A DNA stretch of 64,000 bases from Sphingomonadaceae bacterium (lineage in GTDB: Bacteria; Chloroflexota; UBA6077): assembly GCA_050261575.1 (NCBI GenBank), contig JBLNDL010000033.1:1-64000 (forward strand). The letters are read 5' to 3'. Position numbers and translations under genes: made by a program. Positions 48,036 to 57,017 of this stretch are shown here, piece by piece. A model generated the notes under the pieces. The model was not told the origin of the DNA, searched no databases, and saw only the letters and a program-made list of their open reading frames with translations. How positions within the stretch are numbered: position 1 is the first letter of the stretch; every line of letters starts with the position of its first letter.

Positions 48036-49259
48036 CTACCCGTCCAGCAGTCGCTTCTCCCCTTCCAGCGCTCGGATGCCGGTGGCGTCCTGTGTCACCT
48101 CCAGGCAGCCCAGGTACTTCCCCTCCCTGCGGACCGCGTAGTAGCGGATCACGATGAAGCGCCCGCCAGACTGGATCCAGAACTCGGCGGTGTCGCGCCT
48201 GCCGCTCCGGAAGTCCTCCAGGATCCGGTTCACCACGTGGACGCTCTTCTCCGGGTGGCACTGCTGCACCTTGCGACCGATGATCGCCGTCGCTCGGGGG
48301 AAGACCCTCTCCTTGCCGTTGCTGAAGTAGCGCACTTGGTCCTGATCGTCCACGAAGGTGATATCCACGGGCAGGCTGTTCAGTATCGGCTCCAGGGCGG
48401 CTAGCGGTAGGCTCCCGGTCTCGAAGGAGACCACGTCCTCTCTCCCCGCCTCGGCGGATGTGCGCGGCGCCTCCTGTCGGGTCTGTCCGGTCGTGGGCGG
48501 CACGACCTTCCAGTAGCCGATCTCACCGAACTGCCGGATGGTATTCTCCCACTCCTCCTCCGTGAGCACCCTGAGGGCCGTGGGGAAGAGGATGTTGTTC
48601 TCCTTGTGGAAGTGGCTCGCGAGCATGGTCGCCAGCGCCTCCGCCGCCTCCTTTAGCCGCGGGACGAGGGTTGCCAGAGATGTCCCGTCGGCAGCCTCGA
48701 CGGCCGCGAAGAACCCCTTCTTGATCGCCCTGATCCTGTCGTGCTCGCTCCACATGATGGCCGGTGGCTGTACGATCCCGTGCTTCTCCAGGTAGGGGAA
48801 GAGGACGTTCTCCTCGCGCAGGTAGTGGTTCTCCGACTCCTTGAACTCGCCGGCGATCGACCTCAACCGCTGTAGCGGTGCGGACGCCGCCTCCTGATCG
48901 GGGGCAGCCGCGATCTCCTCGACCACCGCTTCGAGGTCGGCGGCCAGATCCAGGAGAAGCTCGTGCTCCCTCAGGAGGATCTGGATCGGGTGATGCGGAG
49001 GCGCAGCGGCCTGCTCTCTCTCCAGCGCTTCCTGGAACACGGCCAGGTGGACGTCGCAGAGCCGCTCCAGCTCCTCCCTGGGCATCCCCTCGTCGACCAG
49101 CTCGCCCTCGATCCGCGCGATCTCCTCCGCAGTAAGGGTCCGCAATAGCCCCGCGGCTTCCTTCTTGGCGTTTTCCGGATCGGTGCCCTCGTGCAGTGCC
49201 CTGATCAGTCGCTTCAGCGTGGTCTTCCTGCCGATTGCATCGGCAAGCAGCTCGCTCAT
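48036..49259 (-). CDS. DUF438 / hemerythrin / PAS domain protein
   Basis: LCDVH, HY.REEN.LFP, MWSEHD, KENNILFP; C-terminal PAS 'ITFVD..D.VRYF...IIGR.VQ.CHP'. Confidence 0.88.
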   Translation of the reverse strand: MSELLADAIGRKTTLKRLIRALHEGTDPENAKKEAAGLLRTLTAEEIARIEGELVDEGMPREELERLCDVHLAVFQEALEREQAAAPPHHPIQILLREHELLLDLAADLEAVVEEIAAAPDQEAASAPLQRLRSIAGEFKESENHYLREENVLFPYLEKHGIVQPPAIMWSEHDRIRAIKKGFFAAVEAADGTSLATLVPRLKEAAEALATMLASHFHKENNILFPTALRVLTEEEWENTIRQFGEIGYWKVVPPTTGQTRQEAPRTSAEAGREDVVSFETGSLPLAALEPILNSLPVDITFVDDQDQVRYFSNGKERVFPRATAIIGRKVQQCHPEKSVHVVNRILEDFRSGRRDTAEFWIQSGGRFIVIRYYAVRREGKYLGCLEVTQDATGIRALEGEKRLLDG

Positions 49260-49401
49260 GGCATTCTCTCCTTCGACTTCGATGTCCAGACGGCCCCGTC
49301 TGGGCCATCCGCTCGTGCTGGCCATGAGGATGGGGTAGGGAACGCGAGGTGTCCGCGACTTTTGTCACAAGCCGCGTCGCTCGGTCGTGGGGGGCGTGGC
49401 G

Positions 49402-50604
49402 CTACCGTATGGAGCGCACGTAGCGGAGCGCCCTGATCAACCGGACCGGCTCCAGCAGTCTGTAGCTGTGTCTGAGATGGCGCGGCCTCGGCATCAGGAG
49501 CTGCAGGAGGGATCCGAGACTGGTTCGGTCGGTGGAAACCAGCTTGGCCAGGGTCGAGGGGAGCGGAGCGGGATCCTCGTCGTTGGCGAGAACACGCTCC
49601 AGGGCCGCTGCGGCAAGTGCTGGCCGCAGGGGTTTGCCGCCGGGGCTCTCGATCAGGTCCGGGGGCAGTTCCGTCCCGAAGAGGGCAGCGGCGACGGCCA
49701 GTGAGTATCGAAGGCAGAGGGCTGCCCGGAGGCGACCGGCCTCGCGGGCGAGCGCTTCCCAGTCCAGCCGGTCGCGGTGCCGCTCCACCAGCTCGTGGAG
49801 GTCACTCAGTCGCGACAGCCCCACACCGAAGCCGTCGTTGTAGGCCATGTGGGTGCAGAGGTGGATGACCTGGTGGATGGGGCTGAGGACACGCCCCTCG
49901 ACCCCGTCCACTGGGATGGCCTCGGAGTGCTGCAGCATCTCCGCCACGTCGACGTGGAAGGGTGCGCGCTTGCGTGCCAGGCCCCAGTGGATCTCGACCA
50001 CGGCGGCTCGGCCACCCCCATCGCGCAGGCGATACTTCTTCTCGTACCACTCAGGTGGCCACTTGCCGGCCGGCCACTCCTCCTCCGCCGGAAGGTAGCC
50101 CAGGGACAGCAGGACCCGCTCGGCGGCCGCGCGATCCTCTCTCTGAACCAGCAGATCGAGGTCGCGTAGCTGCCTCAAGGCGGGGTCCGGGTAGACGGTG
50201 TGCAGGAGGGCCGCGCCCTTCAGCAGGACGGCGGCGATCCCTTCGGTGGCGAGCCCGTCGACGACGCGTCGCAGCTCCCGCTGCCAGAGCAGGGTGGAGA
50301 TGCCGTTCAGGAGGTAGGCGGCGTGGAGTCGGGACAGGGCGCCTGCTGGGACCTGGGGGGCGAAGGGTGGCAGCGAGAGGGTGCGGTAGACCAGTGGCGC
50401 GACTCGATGCCCCTCCGCTCGGGATACCAGCCGCTCCCAATCGAGCGGCTCCGCCAGCAGCAGCTCGACCCGTTCGCGAGCGGCCCCATCCAGGTGGATG
50501 CGAGCAGCGGCGGCGAGCAGCCTCTCCTCCGCGGGCCTGGAGGCGAGGAGGGCTCGCAACTCCTCGATCGGCCTGTCCGTGCTAGGCGCGGTGGCACTAC
50601 CCAT
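49402..50604 (-). CDS. Nucleotidyltransferase (NTP_transf_5-like)
   Basis: 'LLKG..L...YP....R...DLDLLV', 'VEIHW'; overlaps the B2 gene end. Confidence 0.88.
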   Translation of the reverse strand: MGSATAPSTDRPIEELRALLASRPAEERLLAAAARIHLDGAARERVELLLAEPLDWERLVSRAEGHRVAPLVYRTLSLPPFAPQVPAGALSRLHAAYLLNGISTLLWQRELRRVVDGLATEGIAAVLLKGAALLHTVYPDPALRQLRDLDLLVQREDRAAAERVLLSLGYLPAEEEWPAGKWPPEWYEKKYRLRDGGGRAAVVEIHWGLARKRAPFHVDVAEMLQHSEAIPVDGVEGRVLSPIHQVIHLCTHMAYNDGFGVGLSRLSDLHELVERHRDRLDWEALAREAGRLRAALCLRYSLAVAAALFGTELPPDLIESPGGKPLRPALAAAALERVLANDEDPAPLPSTLAKLVSTDRTSLGSLLQLLMPRPRHLRHSYRLLEPVRLIRALRYVRSIR

Positions 50605-51100
50605 TCCCGTGGTCCCAACTCGGGCGAGACAGGGGCTCCGAGCCGCCTCGACGCGCCTTCGGCGATGCCGGGGGAGGCTCGGGCAGATGCCAGACCTGGA
50701 GGTAGTCCACCTCCGGCGCGCCACGTTCCATGAAGGGTCGATCGTCGAGCACCAACCACCCGTGGGCGTCCACCGACCCGTCGGGGTTTCGCCGGATCCC
50801 GAAGGCGATCCGCACGGGGTAGCCCAACCTGGTGCAGAAGTAGTAGAGGGTGAGAGAGCGTAGCAGGCAGTGGCCGAAGAAGAGGATGGGGGCGCGCCGC
50901 ATCACCCCGTCCACGTGGCGCACCACCCTCCGGACTTCCGAGATCTCCACGGTGGGCGGTGTGGTGGTGGGCGTGAGCCACCCCACCACTCTCCTCACCT
51001 TCACGAAGTGAAGGGCGGCGTTTAGCCCCACGAGCAGTCCGACGATCCGCAGCGTGAGCCCGAGGTCTGCCCGAGCGACCGCTCTCACCTCTCCGATCAT
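50597..51100 (-). CDS. Lasso peptide B2-type leader peptidase (transglutaminase-like)
   Basis: 'CLLRSL' catalytic Cys and 'AHGW' His; follows the RRE gene. Confidence 0.88.
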   Translation of the reverse strand: MIGEVRAVARADLGLTLRIVGLLVGLNAALHFVKVRRVVGWLTPTTTPPTVEISEVRRVVRHVDGVMRRAPILFFGHCLLRSLTLYYFCTRLGYPVRIAFGIRRNPDGSVDAHGWLVLDDRPFMERGAPEVDYLQVWHLPEPPPASPKARRGGSEPLSRPSWDHGNG

Positions 51101-51110
51101 TGCCAACCGA

Positions 51111-51380
51111 CTAGACGACCAGTCCCTGCTCTCGCAGCTCGTGGAGCAGCGCCACGACGTCCTGCTCCACCTGTTCGGCAGGGGCGTCGTACTCCTCGGC
51201 GATCCTGGAGGCGATCTCCCCGGCGGTGGCCTGGCCGTCGATCAGTTCCCAGATACGGGTGCCCACCTCGTTCAGGGAGTAGTAGTTCTCGCTCTTCGCG
51301 CTCAGCAGCACCGTCTCCTCGCCCATCTTTCGCCAGACCACGTCGGAGGCTCTGGATGGGACGACGTCTGTACCCTGCAT
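51111..51380 (-). CDS. PqqD-family RiPP recognition element (lasso B1-type)
   Basis: 'ETVLL.....YYSLNEVG.RIWELIDG...I..EYD....V..DV...L..L...GL'; GAGGAGG SD. Confidence 0.92.
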   Translation of the reverse strand: MQGTDVVPSRASDVVWRKMGEETVLLSAKSENYYSLNEVGTRIWELIDGQATAGEIASRIAEEYDAPAEQVEQDVVALLHELREQGLVV

Positions 51381-51638
51381 CAAGGCTACCCCTCCTCGGA
51401 GAAGGTCGGTAGTTGCGCCGTCGCCCACAGGCTAGCAGGGAGGGGGAGGCGGAGCATGAACATTCGAGGGGATGGGCGTGGGGCCGGGGTTTCGTTTCTG
51501 TAATCCGGGCGCGCCGTCTAAGAAGTAGGGCGGGGGACACGTGAGGCGAGCGGGCGCAGTGCCGCGTGTCCCCCGCCGGCCCGCCCCACGTGTGAGGGGG
51601 GGGCCGGCCACTGCGGCGGGACGGGAGGGACGTGCCGC

Positions 51639-53576
51639 TCAGTCCAGCGTGATGCGCAGGATGCGATCGTCCTCTGCGGCCGGGTTCCCCCTTCCGTCCC
51701 GGTTGCTCGTGGTGAAGTAGATCAGCCCATCGGGTCCCTGCGTAACCTCTCGCAGCCGCCCGAAGTCCCCCTCGAACAGCCGCTCCTGGGCCACTACCTG
51801 CCGGGAGTCCGGCCCGCCGAGCACCACTCGATGGAGGTGCCCGCCCCGAAGGGTGGCGAAGAAGAGGCTACCCGTCCACTCGAAGAGGCGGTCGGCGTCG
51901 TAGAAGGTGGCTCCGGCGGGCGCCACTGCGGGGTTGAAGACCAGGATGGGATCGATGAAGCGCGAGTCTCCGGCGGCGCCCTGGACCCCCGGCCACCCGT
52001 AGTTGCCCCCAGCCTGGAGGACGTTCACCTCGTCGTTGCCCGAGGGTCCGTGCTCCGTGCTGAAGAGCTGCCCCGTCCCAGGCTGGAATGCCAGCCCCTG
52101 TGGGTTCCGGTGTCCGAAGGTGAAGACGGGTGACCCCGGGAACGGGTTGTCCTCGGGGATGGTGCCGTCCGGGTTGATCCGCAGCACCTTTCCGGCGACG
52201 GAGCCGATGTCCTGGGCCAGGCTGGAGGCGGCGGCATCCCCCGTTGTCACGTACAGCTTGCCGTCCGGCCCAAACCTCAGCCGCCCGCCGTCGTGTATCG
52301 TGGCGGCCGGTATCCCGTCCAACAGCACTGTCTCGCCGCCCGCCTGGTTGCCCTGTACGGTGAGCCGCGAGAGCCGGTTCGCAAGCTGCCCCGGGCCAGC
52401 CTCGCGAGTGTACATGACGTAGATCTGCCCGTTCTGCGCGAAGTTGGGGTCCAGGGCCAGGCCCATCAAGCCCGATTCCGCGGTGGTCACCGCCGGTAGG
52501 ACGGCGACGGGGTCCGGAAGGAGCTGCCCATCCACGATCACCCGGATCCGCCCCGGCCGCTCGGTGAAGAACAGCCGGCCGTCGGGAGCGAAGGCGAGCG
52601 CCCAGGGGGTGTTCAGCCCGGAGGCCACCACCTCCACCCTCGGCTGGAAGCTCTGTGGAGCCACCGGCTGCTGAGGCTCGAACGCGTTCTGGAGGTCGCT
52701 GCTGGGGAGTTGATCCAGCCGGTTGAGCCCCCGCGGCTGGGTGTTGTTGTACTGCCGGAGGAAGGGGCTTCCGGCGAGCTGAGCCTCCAGATCGGCCGGC
52801 AATCCCGTTCCCGTCAGCACGCCCTTGAACCAGTCGCCCAGTAGCAGACCCTGGGTGAGACCGGTCGTCGCGTCGAAGTGCATGATGCCCCGCTGGAACC
52901 GCTGGTACACGAAGTTGCGGTTGTTGGGATCGAAGGCGGGGCGGCTCGTCGGTGCCCCCCAGATCTCCAGGTTGAGCAGCGGGAGCAGATCGGGGTTGCC
53001 GCCTCCTTGAGGAAAGGCGTCGGCCAGCCCGACTGTCGACTCGAAGGTGCGCATGAAGCCGACGTCGAGCCCCTCGAACTGATCGGGCGCGTTCGCCCGA
53101 GTGAACTCGATAATCGCCCGATCGTAGTCCGGCTGTCCCTCCACGGGGGTGGACTGCACCAGTCCGGCGTCGGGCGCAGGAAACTGGGAGCCGTTGATGG
53201 CCGTCACCGCTAACAGTCCCGGGTCGAGGAGGTTGAGCAGCCTGACTCCCCCGTCGCCGCCCTGCTGCATCACCCCGCGCTGAAAGACCTGGACCGCGAA
53301 ACCCTCCAGGACGAAGCTCCTGGACACGGGAAAGCCGAAGGTTCTGACACCACCCCGGTGGGTGAAGTAGTCGAAGAAGGCGTCGTTGTCGATCCTGAAC
53401 CCCGTTTCCTGGAAGAAGCGGGGGTCCTGGACCTGCTGCTGTGGTGCGGCCCCGCCGGCTGCAGGGGCTGCCGCCATCACCACGAAGAGCGCGATCAGTG
53501 CCGGAATCAGGGGCGGAGGCGGGATTCTGCTCACGGTTCTCCTCTGTTGTGCGAGTGTTGTCGGTTGCGAAGGCAT
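51639..53576 (-). CDS. Secreted PQQ-dependent sugar dehydrogenase (GSDH) with an N-terminal surface domain
   Basis: PWALAF.PDG, HDGGRL.FGPDG.LY.TTGD, GHRNPQG, EHGP...DEVN; signal peptide. Confidence 0.88.
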   Translation of the reverse strand: MPSQPTTLAQQRRTVSRIPPPPLIPALIALFVVMAAAPAAGGAAPQQQVQDPRFFQETGFRIDNDAFFDYFTHRGGVRTFGFPVSRSFVLEGFAVQVFQRGVMQQGGDGGVRLLNLLDPGLLAVTAINGSQFPAPDAGLVQSTPVEGQPDYDRAIIEFTRANAPDQFEGLDVGFMRTFESTVGLADAFPQGGGNPDLLPLLNLEIWGAPTSRPAFDPNNRNFVYQRFQRGIMHFDATTGLTQGLLLGDWFKGVLTGTGLPADLEAQLAGSPFLRQYNNTQPRGLNRLDQLPSSDLQNAFEPQQPVAPQSFQPRVEVVASGLNTPWALAFAPDGRLFFTERPGRIRVIVDGQLLPDPVAVLPAVTTAESGLMGLALDPNFAQNGQIYVMYTREAGPGQLANRLSRLTVQGNQAGGETVLLDGIPAATIHDGGRLRFGPDGKLYVTTGDAAASSLAQDIGSVAGKVLRINPDGTIPEDNPFPGSPVFTFGHRNPQGLAFQPGTGQLFSTEHGPSGNDEVNVLQAGGNYGWPGVQGAAGDSRFIDPILVFNPAVAPAGATFYDADRLFEWTGSLFFATLRGGHLHRVVLGGPDSRQVVAQERLFEGDFGRLREVTQGPDGLIYFTTSNRDGRGNPAAEDDRILRITLD

Positions 53577-53737
53577 CCCCGCCCCGAGGAGCCGAGCCGT
53601 GACTCCCTACCCGGTGCCTGCAAGAAGCATTCCGAGCCCGGCGCCTGCGTGGGCGTGGGGACACTCGATGGTCGCGGGACAGAGGAGAGAGTGGAGAGGC
53701 ACGAGGCTGGGGGCGCAGCCCCCAGCCTCGTGGAGTG

Positions 53738-54970
53738 TTATTTCACCAGCACCCGGTGGTACTTCTTCTTGCCCGCCCGGAGGAAGAGGGACCCTTCCAC
53801 CAGGTCGTGGGGGGTAATCACCTGGTCCGCGCTCGCGATGCGGTCGCCGTTGACGTAGGCGCCGCCCTGCTGAATCAACCGCCTTGCCTCGCCACGAGAG
53901 CCGACCAGCCCGACCATGGCGAAGAGTTGAGGAACGGGGATCCCCTCGGCCAACTCCGCCGCCCCGATCTCCGTCGTGGGGGCTCCTTCCAGGGATCCCT
54001 CGCCCCCGCCAAAGAGGGCTCGCGAGGCCGCCTGCGCCTCCTTGGCCGCCTCCTCGCCGTGGGTGATCTTCGTGGCCTCGAAGGCCAGCACCTCCTTGGC
54101 CTTGCGGATGTCCGCTCCCTTCAGCCTTCCCAGAGCCTGCACCTCCTCCATGGGAAGGTGGGTGAAGAGGGCCAGGAAGCGCTCCACGTCTGGGTCCTCG
54201 GTGTTGATCCAGAACTGGTAGAACTGGTACGGCGAGGTCAACTCCGAATCCAGCCAAACCGTTCCCGCCTCGGTTTTCCCCATCTTGGCGCCCGAGGCCG
54301 TGGTGAGGAGGGGGAACACCATGACGTACGCCTGCCCGCCCTCGATCCGGCGAATCAGCTCCGCGCCGGCCAGGCTGTTAGCCCACTGGTCGCTGCCCCC
54401 GCATTGGAGGACGCAGCCGTAGTCCCTGTAGAGCTGGAGGAAGTCGTAAGCCTGGAGAAGCTGGTAGTTGAACTCCACGAAGTTGAGTCCGGCATCCGAC
54501 TCCAGCTTGGTGCGGTAGGTCTCCGTGGCGAGCATCTGGTTGACGCTGAAGTGGACCCCGACGTCTCTCAGGAACTCGATGTACTTCAGCTTCGTCAGCC
54601 ATTCGGCGTTGTTGACCATCAGGGCGCGGCCGTCGGAGAAGTCCAGGTAGCGCTGAAGCTGCCTCTTCAGCCCCTTCAGGTTCTCCTCGATCTGTTCGTA
54701 GGTGAGGACGGGCCTGCTCACTGTTCGGCCTGTGGGGTCGCCGATCAGGCCGGTTCCACCACCCACGAGGGCGATGGGGCGATGGCCGAAGCGCTGCATC
54801 CAGGTGAGCGCCATGATGGTGAGTAGGTGGCCGATGTGGAGGCTGGGGGCCGTGGGATCGTACCCCACGTAGAGGGTGATCGGCCTCTCCAGCGCTAGGC
54901 GCAACCCTTGCTCGTCGGAGACATCCTTGACGAAGCCGCGGGCTGCCAGGACGTCGAACACGTTTGCCAC
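53738..54970 (-). CDS. tyrS: Tyrosine--tRNA ligase
   Basis: YVGYDPTA.SLHIGH, GGSDQW.N, KMGKT, C-terminal S4 domain. Confidence 0.97.
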   Translation of the reverse strand: MANVFDVLAARGFVKDVSDEQGLRLALERPITLYVGYDPTAPSLHIGHLLTIMALTWMQRFGHRPIALVGGGTGLIGDPTGRTVSRPVLTYEQIEENLKGLKRQLQRYLDFSDGRALMVNNAEWLTKLKYIEFLRDVGVHFSVNQMLATETYRTKLESDAGLNFVEFNYQLLQAYDFLQLYRDYGCVLQCGGSDQWANSLAGAELIRRIEGGQAYVMVFPLLTTASGAKMGKTEAGTVWLDSELTSPYQFYQFWINTEDPDVERFLALFTHLPMEEVQALGRLKGADIRKAKEVLAFEATKITHGEEAAKEAQAASRALFGGGEGSLEGAPTTEIGAAELAEGIPVPQLFAMVGLVGSRGEARRLIQQGGAYVNGDRIASADQVITPHDLVEGSLFLRAGKKKYHRVLVK

Positions 54971-55226
54971 GATGCCAACTCCCAGAGCTTACTATCTAGA
55001 CGTGAATTATACGCGATTCGCCCAGTAGAAGAGGGTGTGCGGCAGCTTTCACGGGTTCGCTGCGGTACGTCGGCTCGGCCACGTCTGGGAATACTCGAGT
55101 CATCGTGTGCCGTTTGGCCCTCGAGAAAACGTGCGGCATGGTGGGCTGCATCTGCCGACTCGAACGGATTAGGGCCGGCAGGTGGGGGCCCAGTTCCGGC
55201 GCTTCTTGGGACTCGTCACGAGAGTC

Positions 55227-55255
55227 TTGACATGCCTCGATAGCACTCCTACTAT
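55227..55255 (+). promoter_or_regulatory. Sigma70-type promoter
   Basis: TTGACA-17 nt-TACTAT. Confidence 0.7.
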
Positions 55256-55305
55256 CCCGAGAGCAGTCCCAAGCACGAGTTCCCCGACCCTGCGATCCAC
55301 CGTCA

Positions 55306-55378
55306 CTAAGCGGGTACCTCTAGTTCATGTTGGCTTCTCTAGCTGGAAACGTGCACTCATCTAGAGATACCTGCTTAG
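55306..55378. other. Structured non-coding element, copy 1
   Basis: Long terminal stem; homologous to 63216-63289. Confidence 0.6.
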
Positions 55379-55407
55379 ACCTTAGAGCTGAGATAAGGAG
55401 AGGTTCC

Positions 55408-56250
55408 GTGAAAGCTGTATTCACCCTGACGTCGGCGGAGTCCCGGCGATTGATCGCCAAAGGCGTGGTCCAGATGCCCGAGATGAAGGCCGCCCTGGAG
55501 ACGGCGTACGTCATAGTCACGGGGGGGACGACGAACGCCTACGTTGCCCAGGAACTGTTGGGGAGGGAGATCGACCCGGCCCGCTTCACCGCCGGCACAA
55601 ACACCAATGGGGTGCTGTGTGTCACGCCGGTGCCGGCGCGGATCCCCTTCCCGATCATCCTCCACAAGGGCCAAGTGGTCCAGAAGACGATCCGCGAGGC
55701 TCTGGACGACTTCCACAAGAACACCGTGGTGCTGAAGGGCGCGAACGCGATCGACCCCGAAGGGAACGTGGGGATCATCACCTCGGGCTTCGACGGCGGC
55801 ACGGTCCCCGCCATCCTGGGGACCGTCACCTCCCAGGGGCTCAAGCTGATAGTGCCCGTCGGCCTCGAGAAGATGGTGCGATCGGTCAAGGAGTCCGCTG
55901 CCTGTGTCGGCGCCAAGTCCTTCGACTACTCCTTGGGTGCCGACTTCGGGATCTACTGCCTCACCAACACCACCCCTGTGACGGAGATCGAGGCGCTGAG
56001 GATCCTGTTCGGCGTGGAGGCGAGGCACGTGGCCTCGGGCGGCATCGGTGGGTCCGAGGGATCCGTGGTGATCGTCGTTCAGGGCGAGGAGGCCAACGTG
56101 AAGAAGGCGATCGCCCTGGTGGAGAGCATCAAGGGGGAGAAGCCGACCGTTGGCGTCAAGGGCGTCTGCGAGACCTGCCGCTACGCCTGCCGCTTCGCGG
56201 GGGTGAAGGAGGCCGACCTGCCCGCCTGGCTGCAGAGCGCGGCCCGGTAG
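55408..56250 (+). CDS. Hypothetical protein, possibly sugar-isomerase/CoA-transferase-like fold, with a C-terminal Cys cluster
   Basis: AAGGAGAGG SD; 'GGTTNAYV', 'KGANAID', 'PVGLEK', 'GGIGGSEG'; C-x2-C-x3-C. Confidence 0.75.
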   Translation: MKAVFTLTSAESRRLIAKGVVQMPEMKAALETAYVIVTGGTTNAYVAQELLGREIDPARFTAGTNTNGVLCVTPVPARIPFPIILHKGQVVQKTIREALDDFHKNTVVLKGANAIDPEGNVGIITSGFDGGTVPAILGTVTSQGLKLIVPVGLEKMVRSVKESAACVGAKSFDYSLGADFGIYCLTNTTPVTEIEALRILFGVEARHVASGGIGGSEGSVVIVVQGEEANVKKAIALVESIKGEKPTVGVKGVCETCRYACRFAGVKEADLPAWLQSAAR

Positions 56251-56416
56251 ACAGCGGGCCGCAGGCACAGGGCCAGGGTTGTGCTCATCAGGGGCGCACG
56301 GTCGTGCGCCCCATCGTTTCCGCCTCGAAGCGGTGCGGATGCGTCGTGTCTGGGCACGGGTTCCGCAGTACGCCGTTGCGGTACCGTTTCCACAGAGCGG
56401 TTAGGAGGTGAAGACG

Positions 56417-57007
56417 ATGGCGGAGAGGATCGCGCTGACGGTGGTGGATCTGCAGAACGACTTCATGCCGGGGGGCACCCTAGCGGTGCACGAGGGCGAC
56501 CACGTGGTGCAGGTGGCTAACCGCTACTTGGAGATGTTCAAGGTGGCGGGGGTGCCGATCTACGCCACCCGGGATTGGCACCCGCCGGCGACCAAGCACT
56601 TCAAACAGTACGGCGGGATCTGGCCTCCCCACTGCGTGCAGGGCACGTGGGGGGCCGAGTTCCACTCGGAACTGCGGTTGCCCACGGATGTCATCGTGGT
56701 CTCCAAGGGGATGGATCCCGAACAGGACAGCTACTCTGCCTTCGACGCCTTCGAGGCCGACGGCACCCCGTTGGCCGAATCACTCCGGCGTCGGGGAGTC
56801 GAGAGGCTATACATCGGTGGGCTTGCCACCGACTACTGCGTGCGCTGGTCGGTGCTGTCCGCGATGAAGCTGGGCTTCAAGATAACGGTTCTGCTGGACG
56901 CCAGCCTCGGGGTGAATCTGAGTCCCCACGACTCCGAGAGGGCAATCACCGAGATGGTTCGGGAGGGGGCGGAGGTGACCACCATCGAGCGGGTCAAGCT
57001 GTGGTGA
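56417..57007 (+). CDS. pncA: Nicotinamidase/pyrazinamidase
   Basis: VDLQNDF, DWHP, WPPHCVQG, SKG, YSAF, GLATDYCV. Confidence 0.94.
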   Translation: MAERIALTVVDLQNDFMPGGTLAVHEGDHVVQVANRYLEMFKVAGVPIYATRDWHPPATKHFKQYGGIWPPHCVQGTWGAEFHSELRLPTDVIVVSKGMDPEQDSYSAFDAFEADGTPLAESLRRRGVERLYIGGLATDYCVRWSVLSAMKLGFKITVLLDASLGVNLSPHDSERAITEMVREGAEVTTIERVKLW

Positions 57008-57017
57008 GCATGCCCGG

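Noticed and set aside
51111..53576. PqqD next to a PQQ-dependent dehydrogenase as a PQQ biosynthesis locus
   Set aside because: No pqqA/B/C/E; the PqqD is coupled to a lasso B2 peptidase, so it is a RiPP RRE
54971..55220. T-box riboswitch upstream of tyrS
   Set aside because: No T-box consensus seen; a TATAAT lies only ~35 nt upstream of the start, implying a short leader
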